A program made the position numbers and the translations under genes. 64,000 nt of DNA from Paraspadella gotoi (taxonomy: Eukaryota; Animalia; Chaetognatha): the NCBI GenBank assembly GCA_051294375.1, contig CM119263.1, positions 17,094,171 to 17,158,170 on the forward strand, written 5' to 3'. The notes beneath the pieces are model-generated. The model did no database searches. It had not been told where the DNA came from and saw only the letters and a list, made by a program, of their open reading frames with translations. The first letter of the stretch is position 1. Each line of letters starts with the position of its first letter. Positions 12,385 to 25,781 of the stretch are shown here, in pieces.

Positions 12385-13021
12385 CTTCTCTCTCTCTCTT
12401 CACAATTTATTTTCTGATGGTTTTTAGTTTTTTCCACCGTTTACCAAAAATAAATATTAACCTATGGCTATGGTTTATAAAAAAAAAAGATATTTAAAAA
12501 TTTTTTTGACTCAAAATTTAGTGTAATAATTGTTCTGATGATTTTATTGGTCAAACTTTGCTACCGACCTCTCTGATTGGCCGAAAGAAAAGCAACAATG
12601 ACGACGACGGAGGTAGAGACAACAACGATGACGAGGAAAACCCTCGCTGACTCTCTTCTGAGAAAAATCGCCGAATTTGGAAATGATCGTTTCTTTTATG
12701 TACCTTTCAAAACGGAACTTCGGCTCGAAAAGCAGTTTTTGACAACTTGAGCTGAGTTGCCATTTTACTTTTTGCTTCAATTCACCATGAGCTCGTACGA
12801 CACGTTTATTTAAACTGTCAGGGATAGAAAAAATAAGTAATATGGTAAAACTGCTCAAAAAAAATTTGTGAATGAATTCTATTCGAAAATCTTAAAAATA
12901 TTTGATCTGATCTTATTTTTCCACCGAACATCCCCGTCGATCAAAATCGGGGTCTTTTCAAACTAGATTCGCCAATTTGACTTAAGACCTTCACATTTGA
13001 AATTCCCCGACTAAAAAAAGA

Positions 13022-13091
13022 AACCCTGGGACTCGAACCCCAAGGACGAGAGGGTCGAATAATCCAAGTTTGTAACACCTGAACGACCACC
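13022..13091 (-). mobile_element. Degenerate tRNA-derived SINE head or tRNA pseudogene fragment
   Basis: Minus strand gtggtcgttcagg (A-box-like) about 40 nt upstream of GGTTCGAGTCCC (B box). No intact cloverleaf. Confidence 0.5.
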
Positions 13092-13159
13092 TTTTTTTTT
13101 TTTTACTCTCTTTATCTTATCTTAGTACCTCTATTCCACATATCCTCCTACCCGCCCGC

Positions 13160-13335
13160 TCTCCCACGTTTTCTGTTTTTTTCTCCCTCTCTTTCTTCCT
13201 CTCCCTCTGTTTTTCCCTCTTCATCTCTTTCCCCCTCTCCCTCTCTTTCTTCCTCTCCCTCTGTTTTCCCCTCTCCATCTCTTTCTCCCTCTCCATATCT
13301 TTCTCCCTCTCCACCTCTTTCTCTCCATCTCTCTC
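13160..13335. repeat. Degenerate ~18-bp pyrimidine minisatellite
   Basis: Repeating ttctccctctccat(c/a)tct-type units, translated in the ORF track as MEREKD/MEREKE repeats. Confidence 0.7.
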
Positions 13336-13790
13336 TTCACTTTCAAAATAATGTGTTTTTCAGCGCGGCCCTAAGGGTTGTTCGAGTTGAGTCGCGACAT
13401 CCAGATGACCATAAAACTTACCATTTCGAACAAATGCGTTTTTGAAAGGCTATTTTTCTTGTTTCGAGCGCATAACTATGTTTGACTTTATATTCTATAC
13501 TTTAAAGCGCCGCGTAAAAAACTACTTTCCTCTTTTTTTACAAATTTTTTTTTACAAAATAATGGTTGAATGTTTTAATCTTTAAACGTAGGCGGCTATA
13601 ATCTTTGAAAACGATGTTATTTTACACCAATCGTTTGCATAAAATTAACAAACCTTAAATTAACATGTGGCGTTGGTTTGATCCCAAGTTAGTGAAATCC
13701 TTTTTATGGATTTAATCGAAGTTCGATTCCTCCGCCGAAGGAAGTTTATTAAAAACCGTTAATTTCTGTTAAATATAATTTTTTTAAAAA

Positions 13791-13906
13791 TTATTCGCTG
13801 ATGTAGTTGTCGTTATGGTTGTTGTTCTTCTCTTGATTAGGTTGATTGTTGCCATACGCAATTAGTGCCTTCGCAAAATGAAGAAATATGCCATAGGCTG
13901 CGAATC
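13791..13906 (-). CDS. Candidate terminal coding exon (G)FAAYGIFLHFAKALIAYGNNQ...ISE*
   Basis: Acceptor ttaactctcccttcaatttttatcccag| at 13906, phase-1 open frame to TAA at 13791, AATAAA about 40 nt downstream (13750-13745). Confidence 0.25.
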
Positions 13907-14099
13907 CTGGGATAAAAATTGAAGGGAGAGTTAATTCACAAAAAATATGTAGCAAAAAAAAAAAAAAAAGAAAGAAAAATTCACGGTTTTTTTTTCTTCC
14001 TCTCATGAATATTTAATTAAGTCGAACGTTGCTAAAAATCGAATTTTGCATATTCGCCTCTATAAATTAATTTCCAGTATCTGAGGTATGTGAGGCTCT

Positions 14100-14169
<70 letters not shown>

Positions 14170-16969
14170 CTCAAGATGGCCTTGCTGTATCAAAGTGGCG
14201 CAGCTTCACGCGGAATTGCTGAGCCCGGATTTCGTTTCCCAATATTTGTTCGCCCCCCCTTGTCCCCCCTTTTCGGATTCATTAAGGGTCAGAAACATTA
14301 GGGTCGCTATCGGGCGCTGCCCACGAGGTGAACGAGGTGACCGCCTTTCGTCTCATCTCCTATCATCTCACAGCACTCGCCTCTTGTCGGTTCAAATAGA
14401 AAAAAAGGATGACATAATGTCACTCTCATGTTTGCGTATAAATATTAACATAAAGAGAAAAAAAATATAGGGAAGAGTTCATTGTGTTAAATGACTGACA
14501 TATTTTTAATAAAATAAATTTATGAATAAACAAACGTATGGACCAAGTATTGCTGTGTATGTGTATTGGCGATGGATTTTCACAACACTAATAAATCACG
14601 GCCGACTTTCTTAGACTATCTCGACTGTTTTATGCATAATTGTACAAGCAACATATTTCAGTATTGTATTACATTTTTCGAAGAACCAACCTGTACTAAT
14701 CTTGTACGAACAACTGTAACATTTTTATTGCAAGGAGGTTTTCACAAAGAGTTTCGACCACTTTGGACAAAGAACACTTGTCATTTTTATTTCACGCCCA
14801 CGCCGGAACTGGTCTCTCGGCCCCCGTCGAAATGTTGTTCCTCGTACGTCTTTTTTTCCCAAAGAAGAAAGAATATTGGTTGAGAGGTTCCTCTATTTTG
14901 ATATTCCGCGTGGAATGAATTCCCCAAACTCGTGGCGCCTCAACGATTGGCCGACAGAATATGGAAACTCGTCAGACGGGGCTATTTCATTTTGTCATTT
15001 TTTTTATCTGGTCATCGTAGTAAAAACTTAACTCTCAGTTGGATACTATAAAATTTTGTTGATTTTTTTTTTGGTCTATGATATGAAAAAAAATTAAGTG
15101 AAAAAAAAATGTTGGCCGCCATTTTTTTTCTCCCTCGAGTCTCTTTTTTGTCATCAAAACATGAATACGAAGGCGAGGTGGGAGGAGGAAAGAGAGGGAA
15201 GAAGGAAATGAAAAGAAAAGAAAAGAAAAGAAAAGAAAAGAAAAGAAAAGAAAAAAGAAAGTAAAAATAAAATAAATATAGTCAAGATGATGTGATAAGA
15301 AGAAAATAAAAGAATATGTGTCGAAGGGAAAAGTCAAAAGGATCACAACCAGAAAAAAATATTAAAATTACAAAATAAGTTATGACTGATGAGGGTGAAA
15401 AATTAAAGTTCCGAAAATATTGTGTATATTTAAAACAAAAAAACACACAATGGAGAAACTGTAAACCAAGAAAGAATAAAAATGAAACGAGATCTTGGAA
15501 AAAAAAAATAATGGGAAAAAGGAACGAAGCAACAAAAGAGGAAAGAAAAAATAGGGAGGAAAAAGGGGAAAAAAAAGGGAAGAAACGATCAAAGCAGAGG
15601 ATTAAGGAGATCGGGGGATTTAAGGAATGCGAGAAAATTGTTAAAAAAAGGGGGAAAAATCGTGAGTAAGGTAAGGAAATTATCTGTAAAAAGGGAAAAG
15701 GAAAGAGGAAAAATAGGGAGAAACACTGGGAATGAGAAACGTTGGAGAAGGAGAANNNNNNNNNNAAAGAAAATCTGAAGGAAGAAAATGGAGAAAATTG
15801 AATTGAGAGATAAACATGTCTGAAAGAGAATTCCAAGGGAAAAGGTGGTATTCTACGTATTGATGTACTGATACTGTACAACGTAAACGAAATGTAAGCT
15901 TAAAAATGTAAGGAAGTTGTGGAGGTTGATTTTTGTGGAGAAGCAAGAGAAAGAGAAAAAAGGAGGAGAAAGAGAAAAAAGGAAGAGAAAGAGAACTGGA
16001 GAGTTTGATTTAAATTAAAGAAAGAAAAGAGGAAAGAAAGTAAGAAAGAAAGTAAGAAAGAAAGAAAAAAAGAAAGAAAGAAAGAAAGATATAAATAAAG
16101 AGAAATAGAGAAAATAAAGAAAGAAAGAAAGAAAGAGAAACAGACATCAAGAACGAAAGGAAAGAAAGCAAGAGAGACAGACAGACAGACAGAGAGAGAG
16201 AAAGATGTGCAAAGACTAAGCAACATAATATATTTACTAAAAAGTGGAAAGACCGACGATGACAAAATTAAAAAAAAAAAGAAAACTCATTAGAAAAATC
16301 AAACTGATGAGGAAAATAAAAAAAAACAAACTCTTTGGGAAATAAAACAAGTGGCCTAATGAAAAAGGGAAGCAAACCGGTTCTTTCTCGCGAAGAAAAT
16401 AAGAAAAAAGAAATCTCAAAAGAAAAAAAAACATACCCAAAGGAGAAAAAAAATTAGCCACAGAGAAAGTGAAAAGGCGAAAAAGTGGTACGCGAGAAGC
16501 TCGGGGGGGGGGGGAAGAAACGGAGTGAAAAGTACAAAAAATAGGGGGGGAGTCAGAACTGGCATAAAGGTTTTCTTAAATACATAAACCCCTAAGAGAG
16601 AAAATATATCGACGCCTTCTCTTTATTCCGTCTCCCGGGCAACTAGGAAGGGAAAAACCGGGAAACCGGGCCTCTTTTTTTTCCTCTTTTTTTTCTTTCT
16701 TTCTTTCTTTTTTCTCGGGCGTTTTTTTTTTCTTCGATTTTTTTTTTCATTTAGTAGCTTTTATTCTTTCTTAAAATATTCTTTTTATTTCTTTCCTGTC
16801 CCTCAGTAAATGTTTTCTTACTTTTATCTTTTTATGGATTTTCTTTCTTCTGGTTTTTTTTTTTTTTTAACATTTTTTTTTATCTTGAACCATTTTTGAA
16901 AGACCTGATGTAAGAGAAATGGATGGAAACGGCAGCAGCGAAAGGAAGAAAGAAATAAAGAAATAACGA

Positions 16970-17029
<60 letters not shown>

Positions 17030-17183
17030 AGGAAAGAAGGAAAGAAAGAAAAAAGAAAGAAGGAAAGAAAAAATGAAGAAAGAAAGAAAGAAAAGAGAAA
17101 AAAGAAAGAAAGAAAGAACGAGAACGAACTAAAGGGGAGAGATTTTCGAGAAAGAGAGAGAACGAGTGAGAGAGAGAGAGAGG

Positions 17184-17255
<72 letters not shown>

Positions 17256-20057
17256 AGAGAGAGAGAAGAGAGAGAGAGAGACGGTGATTGAAAAACTGCG
17301 CGCAAGAGAAAAACACAGAATCGAGATGCTAAAGAGCTGCAGGCAACAACTGTACAACCTCGGATTGAAAAAAAATTAAAAAAAAATAAAAATTTCTGGA
17401 AGATGGAAATTCAAGACTTTTGACCGGGGAAGTGGAAGAACTGAGCATCGTTTCAACCAACGGCTCCGGAAAAAAAAATCTGGACACACACACAAAATAA
17501 AAGAGCATATAGTCAAAAGTGTTTGACAATAAAGCGACGGTAACACATTCATTCATTCTCAACCCCAAGAATTGTACTTACTTTAGGAAAAAATGTACAA
17601 GGGGACGATTATGTACAGCGATAACTTTGTAGAAAAACCAATGCAAGGAATTTTTTTCAAGCACAGTCGAAAGAATTTGATTAATAATTTCCGTAAAAAA
17701 GCTTTTTGAGTTTTTTCAATATCTTTGTGAAGTATTTTTGGTAGTTTTAACGTATAAGTGCGTGTGAAAAATTTAGGTTTTATCGTGATGACTTTGAAAG
17801 ATGAAAAATAATTAATTTGAAGTTCGTTTTAATGTGAGAACGTTTTATATTTTTAAGCTTCTTCTTAGATTCTTGTTTCATTAAAGTTTTTTAGTTGTCA
17901 CTGTAGATGTTGAAAGTTGTGGGACCTGTAAGAAATTATATAGAAAAAAAATACACATTAGTTACGTTTTTGGATTAATTGTATGGTGTAATTAGAATAT
18001 AAAGCACAGATTTTAGGCGTTTAACATAGAAATTATCGATATGAATGATGATAATACTCTTTTATAATTCGGCTGTGAACTATGAAGTGACGAAAAAAAG
18101 CTTAGAGACTAAGAGGAGGCGAGGCCCCGGCGGGGGCAAAGGAGTGAGAGGGGCGGTGGGCGGTCGGATACGGGGCCGCAGAAATGAAGTAATTTATGCG
18201 GAAATAAGTCGACGACGTATTCCCTTACGCGGCATTTGGCGGGAATTCGGAGGAACAAAAGTTTAAAGCCAATTCTTTTTCTCCTTTGTTTGTTTGTTTT
18301 TTGTTTTTTTTTGTTTTTGTTTTTTTGTTCGTTTGCCTTTTTATTTCTTTTTTGTCCGGAGGGTAAAGCAGCCTTTTCATACCTTTATCTCTGCTCTTTT
18401 TGTTTTATGGTCAGATGCGGGAAGAAACGACGCCGAGTTGTGGGGGAGGAGAGGGAGAAAGGAGGAAGGGAGGAACAAGAGGAAAGTGGATGAGGAGGAG
18501 GGACTGTATGCATCGGAAAGGTGGGTGGAGACCGAAACGACGGGGGTGTGAATAAAGCGTCGGAAAACTGGGTAAGTAATTGGAAAGCAAGGAACTGACA
18601 GCCGTAGAAAAAAGAAGGAGAGAAAAAGACGAATGAGTTAGGGGAAGGCGGGAGGAAAAAAGGGAAAGGAGGAAAAACAGGAGGAAGGATGAGAGACAAG
18701 GGGATGGATTAGAAAAACCAGAAAGCGATTCGCGGAACGAAAAGAAATGAGAAAATAAAAGCACCAAAAAATGGAGAGAAAAATTCATTGAAACGTCGCT
18801 TGTTTAGGACGGATGCAATTTTCAAGTTTATCTCTATCACTTTATCATCTTTATCATCTTTATCACTGTATCAGTTTTCGTTAATTTTGAAAATCATTTC
18901 GTCAACCTCGTCAAGACTGCGGCCGCGACTCGATTCTTCAATTACTCAAAAGATTCAAAAAAATAAAAAATAAAAAAAAACTTTCGCCTGGATGTGAAAC
19001 GAAATAAAATTGAGAAACGGAAAAGAGATTGAGTGTTGAAAAGCAGAAGAAAATCAGAAACTAGAAACTGTGAAGAATCCAAAATCGGAGAGAAGAAAAC
19101 CGAATCAAACAAAAATGGACGGAAGAGAAAAAAAAGGGAGAGAAATAAAGAAAATAAAGAAAAGAGAAATTTGAAATTGGAAATTCTGTCGCTTCTCCGA
19201 TCATTGACGACGACGAAATATATTGATCAAGTATAGGAGTTGTCAAAAAAGGAAATATTCCTCTATTTTTTTTTACAAGAAATTGTATTTATTTTTTTTC
19301 CAGTTTCTTTTTACTGTTATGCGGTTCCGATCCTTAATATCGTTTTCCTGATTTCTTAACTCCCCAATTAATTCTTTTTTTTTTTTATATTTCCTCGAGC
19401 GTACAATCGTATTCACTATTCGCTCTTCACCATTCACTATTCACTATTCACGCCTGTTTGCTCCTTTTTTTCAGCGATTTTTCTTCTCGTTTTTACTGCC
19501 ACTTTTCACCCTCCCGCAACTTCCTTTCTTTTCCCTTTTCTTTTCCTTTTTCGTGAATTCCCGACACTTTTTCCTTTCTTCTTTGTTTCAGTTTTTTAGT
19601 CTTTTCTTTGTCCTCATAAGTAATTTGAATTTTTTTTTTACTACTCATTTTTGCTCTTTTCTTTTCTTTTCTTTCATGATTTTTTTCTTTCTTTTTCCTT
19701 TTACAAGCCCTTTGCTTACCCCTGTGACCCTTTTCAGCGTTTCTTTTCTTCCTTCACTCTCTCTTTAGTCTCTGATCAAGAGATCAGTATTCCTCGTTTA
19801 AAATCTTTTCCACACAACCGCATCTTATTCTTCTATTCTTTTGCAAACTATTTCGCTCTTCTTTCTAGTTTATTGTTCTGTCTTTCTTCTATTTTCCGAA
19901 TGACATGCGTTCTCCCATTTCCCTGAGCCACGCCCCCCATCAATCCCAAACTGCAAGTTGCTCGTTGTTTTCTTTTTTCTTTCTCTCTAAAACTCGGCAA
20001 TTTCGCTTTTTTAACCAAAATCTCTTTTCTCAACTCCTCGTCCGAAACTCCCTCCTA

Positions 20058-20153
<96 letters not shown>

Positions 20154-20307
20154 TCCCCAGCTCCCCTCTCTCCACCTCCGCTCCTTATATTCCTTTCTCG
20201 TCCAAAAAGCTATTTCGTAATGTTATTGGCCGCGGATAAGGATCTTGATTTTTGATTTTAGTGGCAGTTGGATGAAAATAGTCGCCTTTCTTCATTCTCT
20301 ATTTCCG

Positions 20308-20406
<99 letters not shown>

Positions 20407-20710
20407 TCCCCCAGTGAACAGTGTTCACTTTTAAACGAACCACATAAACAAAGAGTTTCGCGTCTCCTTGCCTCCTTCAACTCAGAAACAACACTCGCTT
20501 CGTCCCTAGATTCGCCCCATTTGCTCCGGACGACCGGACAACGGATTAATTGGTCGAGTGTGAACACTACAGTTTGGCTAAATTGGAAAAGCGGGCAAAT
20601 GTTGGTGAAAGAGAAAAAAGCTTGCTCAACCGAGACGAGAAAGAAGAACCAAGCAGGTTGTTGGCCAAAAGCTGTTTTTTTTTCACCCAGCATCGTTCTG
20701 TTCATCAATA

Positions 20711-20722
20711 AATAATAATAAC

Positions 20723-20786
<64 letters not shown>
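20711..20786. repeat. (AAT)n microsatellite
   Basis: Direct reading. Confidence 0.95.
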
Positions 20787-20787
<1 letters not shown>

Positions 20788-21394
20788 GCTCAAGTGCAAA
20801 AATGCACGCCACTTTTTAACTTTAAATTCCAGAATCTCTATAAAGACATTTTTAAAAATTATATAAAAAATATATTTTTTTTAAAAAAGGAATCAATGAA
20901 TTTAAATTTTATTACAATCGGTCAAGTGGTTTAGGAGATATAATTTTTTAAACTTGAAAGTTCCAAAACCAAATGAGAAAATTGACTTTTATTTTAAAGC
21001 CTCAGAATCATGAACCTATCATCGTATATTTCAATAACCTTAAGATTATTATATATTATTTATGGGTCTGGGGCAATCCAGTTATCCAGCTATCTCTCCG
21101 GATATCCAGTGGGATTTTTTTAATTTTTAATCCACTATAAGGAATGCAAAATATTATAAAAAATATTATTCTTGAATCTATCAGATTTTTTTCACATTCA
21201 GCTTTGCGGTAGAGTACTTTATTTTAAAAAATCACTGCTCCTAAATGGATGGTCCGATTTTAATATAATTTATGCCAAACCTATCTTCTTTCATTGAACT
21301 TTAATTAACTTTTAAAATTTTTGTAAAAATTTGAGCATTTAGAGTGATTTTTAAAGTCTGAAAAAAGGTGGCGCTATTTTTTTGCACATGACTG
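20787..21394. mobile_element. Tc1/mariner-type MITE (~610 bp)
   Basis: TA flanks at 20785-86 and 21395-96. Imperfect TIRs: cgctcaagtgcaaaaatgcacgccac versus the reverse complement of the right end, cagtcatgtgcaaaaaaatagcgccac. Internal inverted blocks at ~20917-20950 and ~21222-21258. Confidence 0.75.
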
Positions 21395-21412
21395 TACATG
21401 GTGACAATTTTA

Positions 21413-22321
21413 CAAGCGCCGGTAGAAATACGCTGTCATTTGCAAACCAGTGGTTATTTCATTGATTTTAAAAATATAAAACATATTAAAGTCAAATGTG
21501 TTCAAATTTTATATTGATCAGTTAAGATATGCCTTGGCAATGAGTGGAGAAAGTTGGCTTGTAAAATCGGGTTTCATTTTCCAACTTACTGTTTTTAAAT
21601 TCTTTTTTTTTCAACTTTTAGCTCTTTTTTAAACAAAGTATTTATTAAGATAATAACAATATTAATATTCTCAGAAAGCCCTTAAAAAAATGAAGAGAAT
21701 GATATACTTACGAAAGCTCTAACATAAAAATTAAGCTGCCCAGCCTTGGTTCAATTAAGAGAGTCAAAAGTTAATTATCTAAAATTTCAAATCTTTTTTT
21801 AAAATATATGACCTAATTAAATTATTATAAAATAAAATATTGTTATTTATATAAGTATCATGAAAGAGCCTGAAAAAAGGAGATTTAAGATAGCCAATCA
21901 CAATTTGATAAAAATTTACCCTCCAGCTATTGATTTTTGGAAAGATGTCTCGTTTTTGAGTATCCTAATTAAATTAAAGCTGGGCCGGTTAAATTTTATA
22001 CTAAAGTATTTGCAAGTATGTCATTCTCTTTAGATTTGAAAGGGCTTTCAGAAGATAATAATATTAATATTATTTTATTTTAAATTTCTTCAGAAAACTT
22101 ACTGAAAGTAAGAAAAAAAAATTGAATCTAAAAAAGTGAGTTAGAAAATGAAACCCGATTTTACAAGCCAACTTTCTCCACTCATTGCCAAGGCATATCT
22201 TAACTGATCAATATAAAATTTGAACACATAAATGACTTTAATATATTCTACTCAACTAATTTTTAAAATCAATGAAATAACCACTGGTTTGCAAATGACA
22301 CCGTATTTCTACCGGCGCTTG
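21413..22321. mobile_element. Foldback-like MITE (909 bp), TA-flanked, with ~180-bp highly similar TIRs
   Basis: TA|CAAGCGCCGGTAGAAATACG...CGTATTTCTACCGGCGCTTG|TA. Inverted similarity continues degenerately toward the centre (21640-21750 versus 21975-22080). Confidence 0.92.
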
Positions 22322-22384
22322 TAAAACAAACGAATTCAACCTTTAAAAAAAAAATAAAATTCTTTGGTAGAAGTGACAAGACAC

Positions 22385-22640
22385 CAAAAATACAACTGAA
22401 ACATTCTTTGAAATATTATGCTACTTCATTGATTGGCAAGCCAGGTACTCTGGGAGTGAATGAACGAGACTGAGAGAGTCTTGATTGAACGCTTGCAGGG
22501 ACCTGCTATGCCATTATCTTGTAAGCGTGATAGATGTCTTGAACCACCAAAGCCTGTCCAAAGTAAGGGCCAAGATGGCTTGTTCGTGAACTGAATGGAT
22601 AATTTTTATATTGGTTGTACCAATTTCATAAGAATTTGTG
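22385..22640 (-). repeat. Second copy of the interspersed repeat at 4025-4416 (also at ~26290-26545 inside the duplication)
   Basis: Reverse-complement similarity to 4025-4270. Confidence 0.75.
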
Positions 22641-23402
22641 ACAGCTCAGTGACAAAAAAAAAGGCGAACATAAAAACGGAAGGACGAAGAAGACGACGGG
22701 TGTCGACGGATCACGTAGACAATGAGAGGAGGGAGAGACGGGAGGGACAGATGGGCGAAAACCGCGGGATGAGACGAGAGAGGACATCGAACAAAAAGAC
22801 AACGGAAGCAGAAAAAAAAAGGCGATGGAGGAAGCGCAAAGAGGGATGCAATTAGTGGAGCGGTAAGCGGAACCACTGGCCCATTGACGAAACGTGAAAT
22901 GTATTGAGTTTGGCGAGAGGCGGAAGAAGAGAGGGAAGAAGTGGAGGAGGAAAGGAGAAGGGCAAAAGGAGTACAATAAAAGTACAATATGGGCCAAAGT
23001 GGGCGAATGGAGAAGTGGACAAGGTGGAAGTAGATGAAGGCGGTTGAGAACGTGGGAAGAAGGAAAAGGGGAGAAGAGAAATTAAAGTAAAAAAAAAACC
23101 ATCAAAAAGAGGTCAAGAAGGGAAGACGAGAACAAGGTATGTGATGGGAAAGAAGAAACAGATAAGAGAACAATGAATAAGACGAGACAACAAGAAAGAC
23201 AAAGAGGACGAAGAAAAAAGAGGACAAGGATAATAATCCGAGGTGATGAGAAGAGGACAAGAGGAGAAGAGGGCGAGGGTCGAAAAGCTCGCGGGCGAAC
23301 CGACGAAATCGGGCAACGCAATGAGTCGGCGACCTGAGGATTCCGCTCAATCTGCGACGTAACGACGGAACATAAAACAGATTACAATAATCCCCTTGCC
23401 CT

Positions 23403-23510
<108 letters not shown>

Positions 23511-23979
23511 TCCGGTTTTTGCTTCCGGCAGGTTTCTCTCCCGGCGCTTTATTCTTTTAGTTGTGCCGCGAGTACTCGCGAACTAACTCACTAAGTTTCT
23601 TTTTGTCTGTAACCACATATAAATGGAGTCTTCTTATCAGAAAGTTAATGCGGATTATTTTGTATTACACTTACAAAAGTAAACCTGAGAAGGATGTGCT
23701 GTACATGTAGCATTTGTTCTAAAGAAAAAAGTAAAAAACCTCTAACAATATTTTGCTACATTCTTACTAGGAAACTTAATTTCTTTATGAATCAGTTTTT
23801 TAAAAATTTGATAAATTTTATCTCTCTCATTCTCTTTATCATTCTCTCTCCCTTTTTCTCCCTCTCTCTTTCTCTTCCGTTCGCTCTCGTGATAGCTCGC
23901 TCGCCTCGGGGGCACGAGCAGAGGGCGATTGTGTATATGACCAAAAACTCGATTTCTTTCGCCTTTTCTTCTCTCTCTC

Positions 23980-24010
<31 letters not shown>

Positions 24011-24014
24011 CTCC

Positions 24015-24064
<50 letters not shown>

Positions 24065-24177
24065 TCAATCCCCCACTCCTTCACCCAAAATATGATTATT
24101 GCGCATACGATCAACTGCGCGGCAGTTTTTCTCTTTTAGAAACGACTTCATTTATGTATCGAGTTGGGGGAAAAAAC

Positions 24178-24234
<57 letters not shown>

Positions 24235-25087
24235 GAGAGAGAGAGAAGAGAGACGAGAGAGAGAGAGAAATCAGGACATGCGGATCGCGGTTTTGTGACG
24301 AGCCTTGCGAACGACATGTATGTGACGACAAAAATTTCGGAAGTGAGGTCTTAATTTAAATCGATCTGATATAAATAATAAAAGACAAGTTAAGACTCAC
24401 CTAAACTTTGAAATCTTGGGAAAGAAATAAATGTAAAAGATAAAAAGAAAAGGAAGGCAGGAAGGAAGGAAGGAAGGAAGGAAGGAAGGAAGGAAGGAAG
24501 GAAGGAAGGAAGGAAGGAAGGAAGGAAGGAAGGAAAGAAGGAAATGAAAAAGGTAGGAAAAGCGAGTTCGAGAGAGAGTCAAAGATAGTGACTCTCTCTC
24601 TATCTTTTTTCTTTTCATTCACTGCCAAGCTGTAGTTTAAAATACCGATAACAACAAGGAATAATTGTAAAAATTAATCATTTTTATTTTGAAGACAGTT
24701 TTTAAATGTAATAATTATTGCCTAATTGCCATTGCCAATGTAAAGCTCTGCATGTCGCGTGCAATTTCATGGTGAAATAAAACTGAAATGGAAATTCTTT
24801 TTCTCTCTTGTCTCCCGCTTTATTTTTTCTTTCTCCCTCAATCTTGCAAATGAAATTCGTAAGTTATTCAACATTTTCATTCTTTGCTACGTTTCTTTCA
24901 TCTTTTCAGCGCGATGGCTGACTGAGAGCCTTTGAACGACTGAAAGTACTGTCAAAAGAACGGACACTTTTCGTGGAGAAAATTAAATTATTTTGTAAAA
25001 GTGAGACATGAAAACAAATTGAATGGCTATTCTCATTTTTTTTAAAAACGTTGAATATTCGTTCGATTCAAAAATCGCTCGAGAGAG

Positions 25088-25163
<76 letters not shown>

Positions 25164-25320
25164 CTTTTCTCCACGTCTTTGATTCAGGTTTCCATTAATC
25201 ACTGGTTTTGGCTCGTCACGTGAAGTCAAATCCGTCTCACCGGCGAGAAACCTCCCTATGAATTTCGCGTTTCTCCTTCCAAACGCAAATCGCGGNNNNN
25301 NNNNNNNNNNNNNNNNNNNN

Positions 25321-25355
<35 letters not shown>

Positions 25356-25693
25356 TTTTCTCCACGTCTTTGATTCAGGTTTCCATTAATCACTGGTTTT
25401 GGCTCGTCACGTGAAGTCAAATCCGTCTCACCGGCGAGAAACCTCCCTATGAATTTCGCGTTTCTCCTTCCAAACGCAAATCGCGTCAGATTTAAGTATT
25501 TTTTCTCTTTCTCTCGAAACTGGATGGCGGTGTTAAAATCCACACTTGCTTTGTACGTCTTTTGTTAAAGTATAGACGCCAATTTGTATTTCCATCTTTT
25601 TCTCTTTTCTTTCTCCTCTCATTTTATCTCACTCTCTTTCTCTCTCCCTCTTTCGCATTTCCCCTATCAATTTTCTTAATTTAGTTTTCTTTT

Positions 25694-25781
<88 letters not shown>

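Noticed and set aside
20413-20715. About 100 codons open on both strands after a CT tract, with the palindrome AGTGAACAGTGTTCACT
   Set aside because: No donor site or recognisable protein features; compatible with chance.
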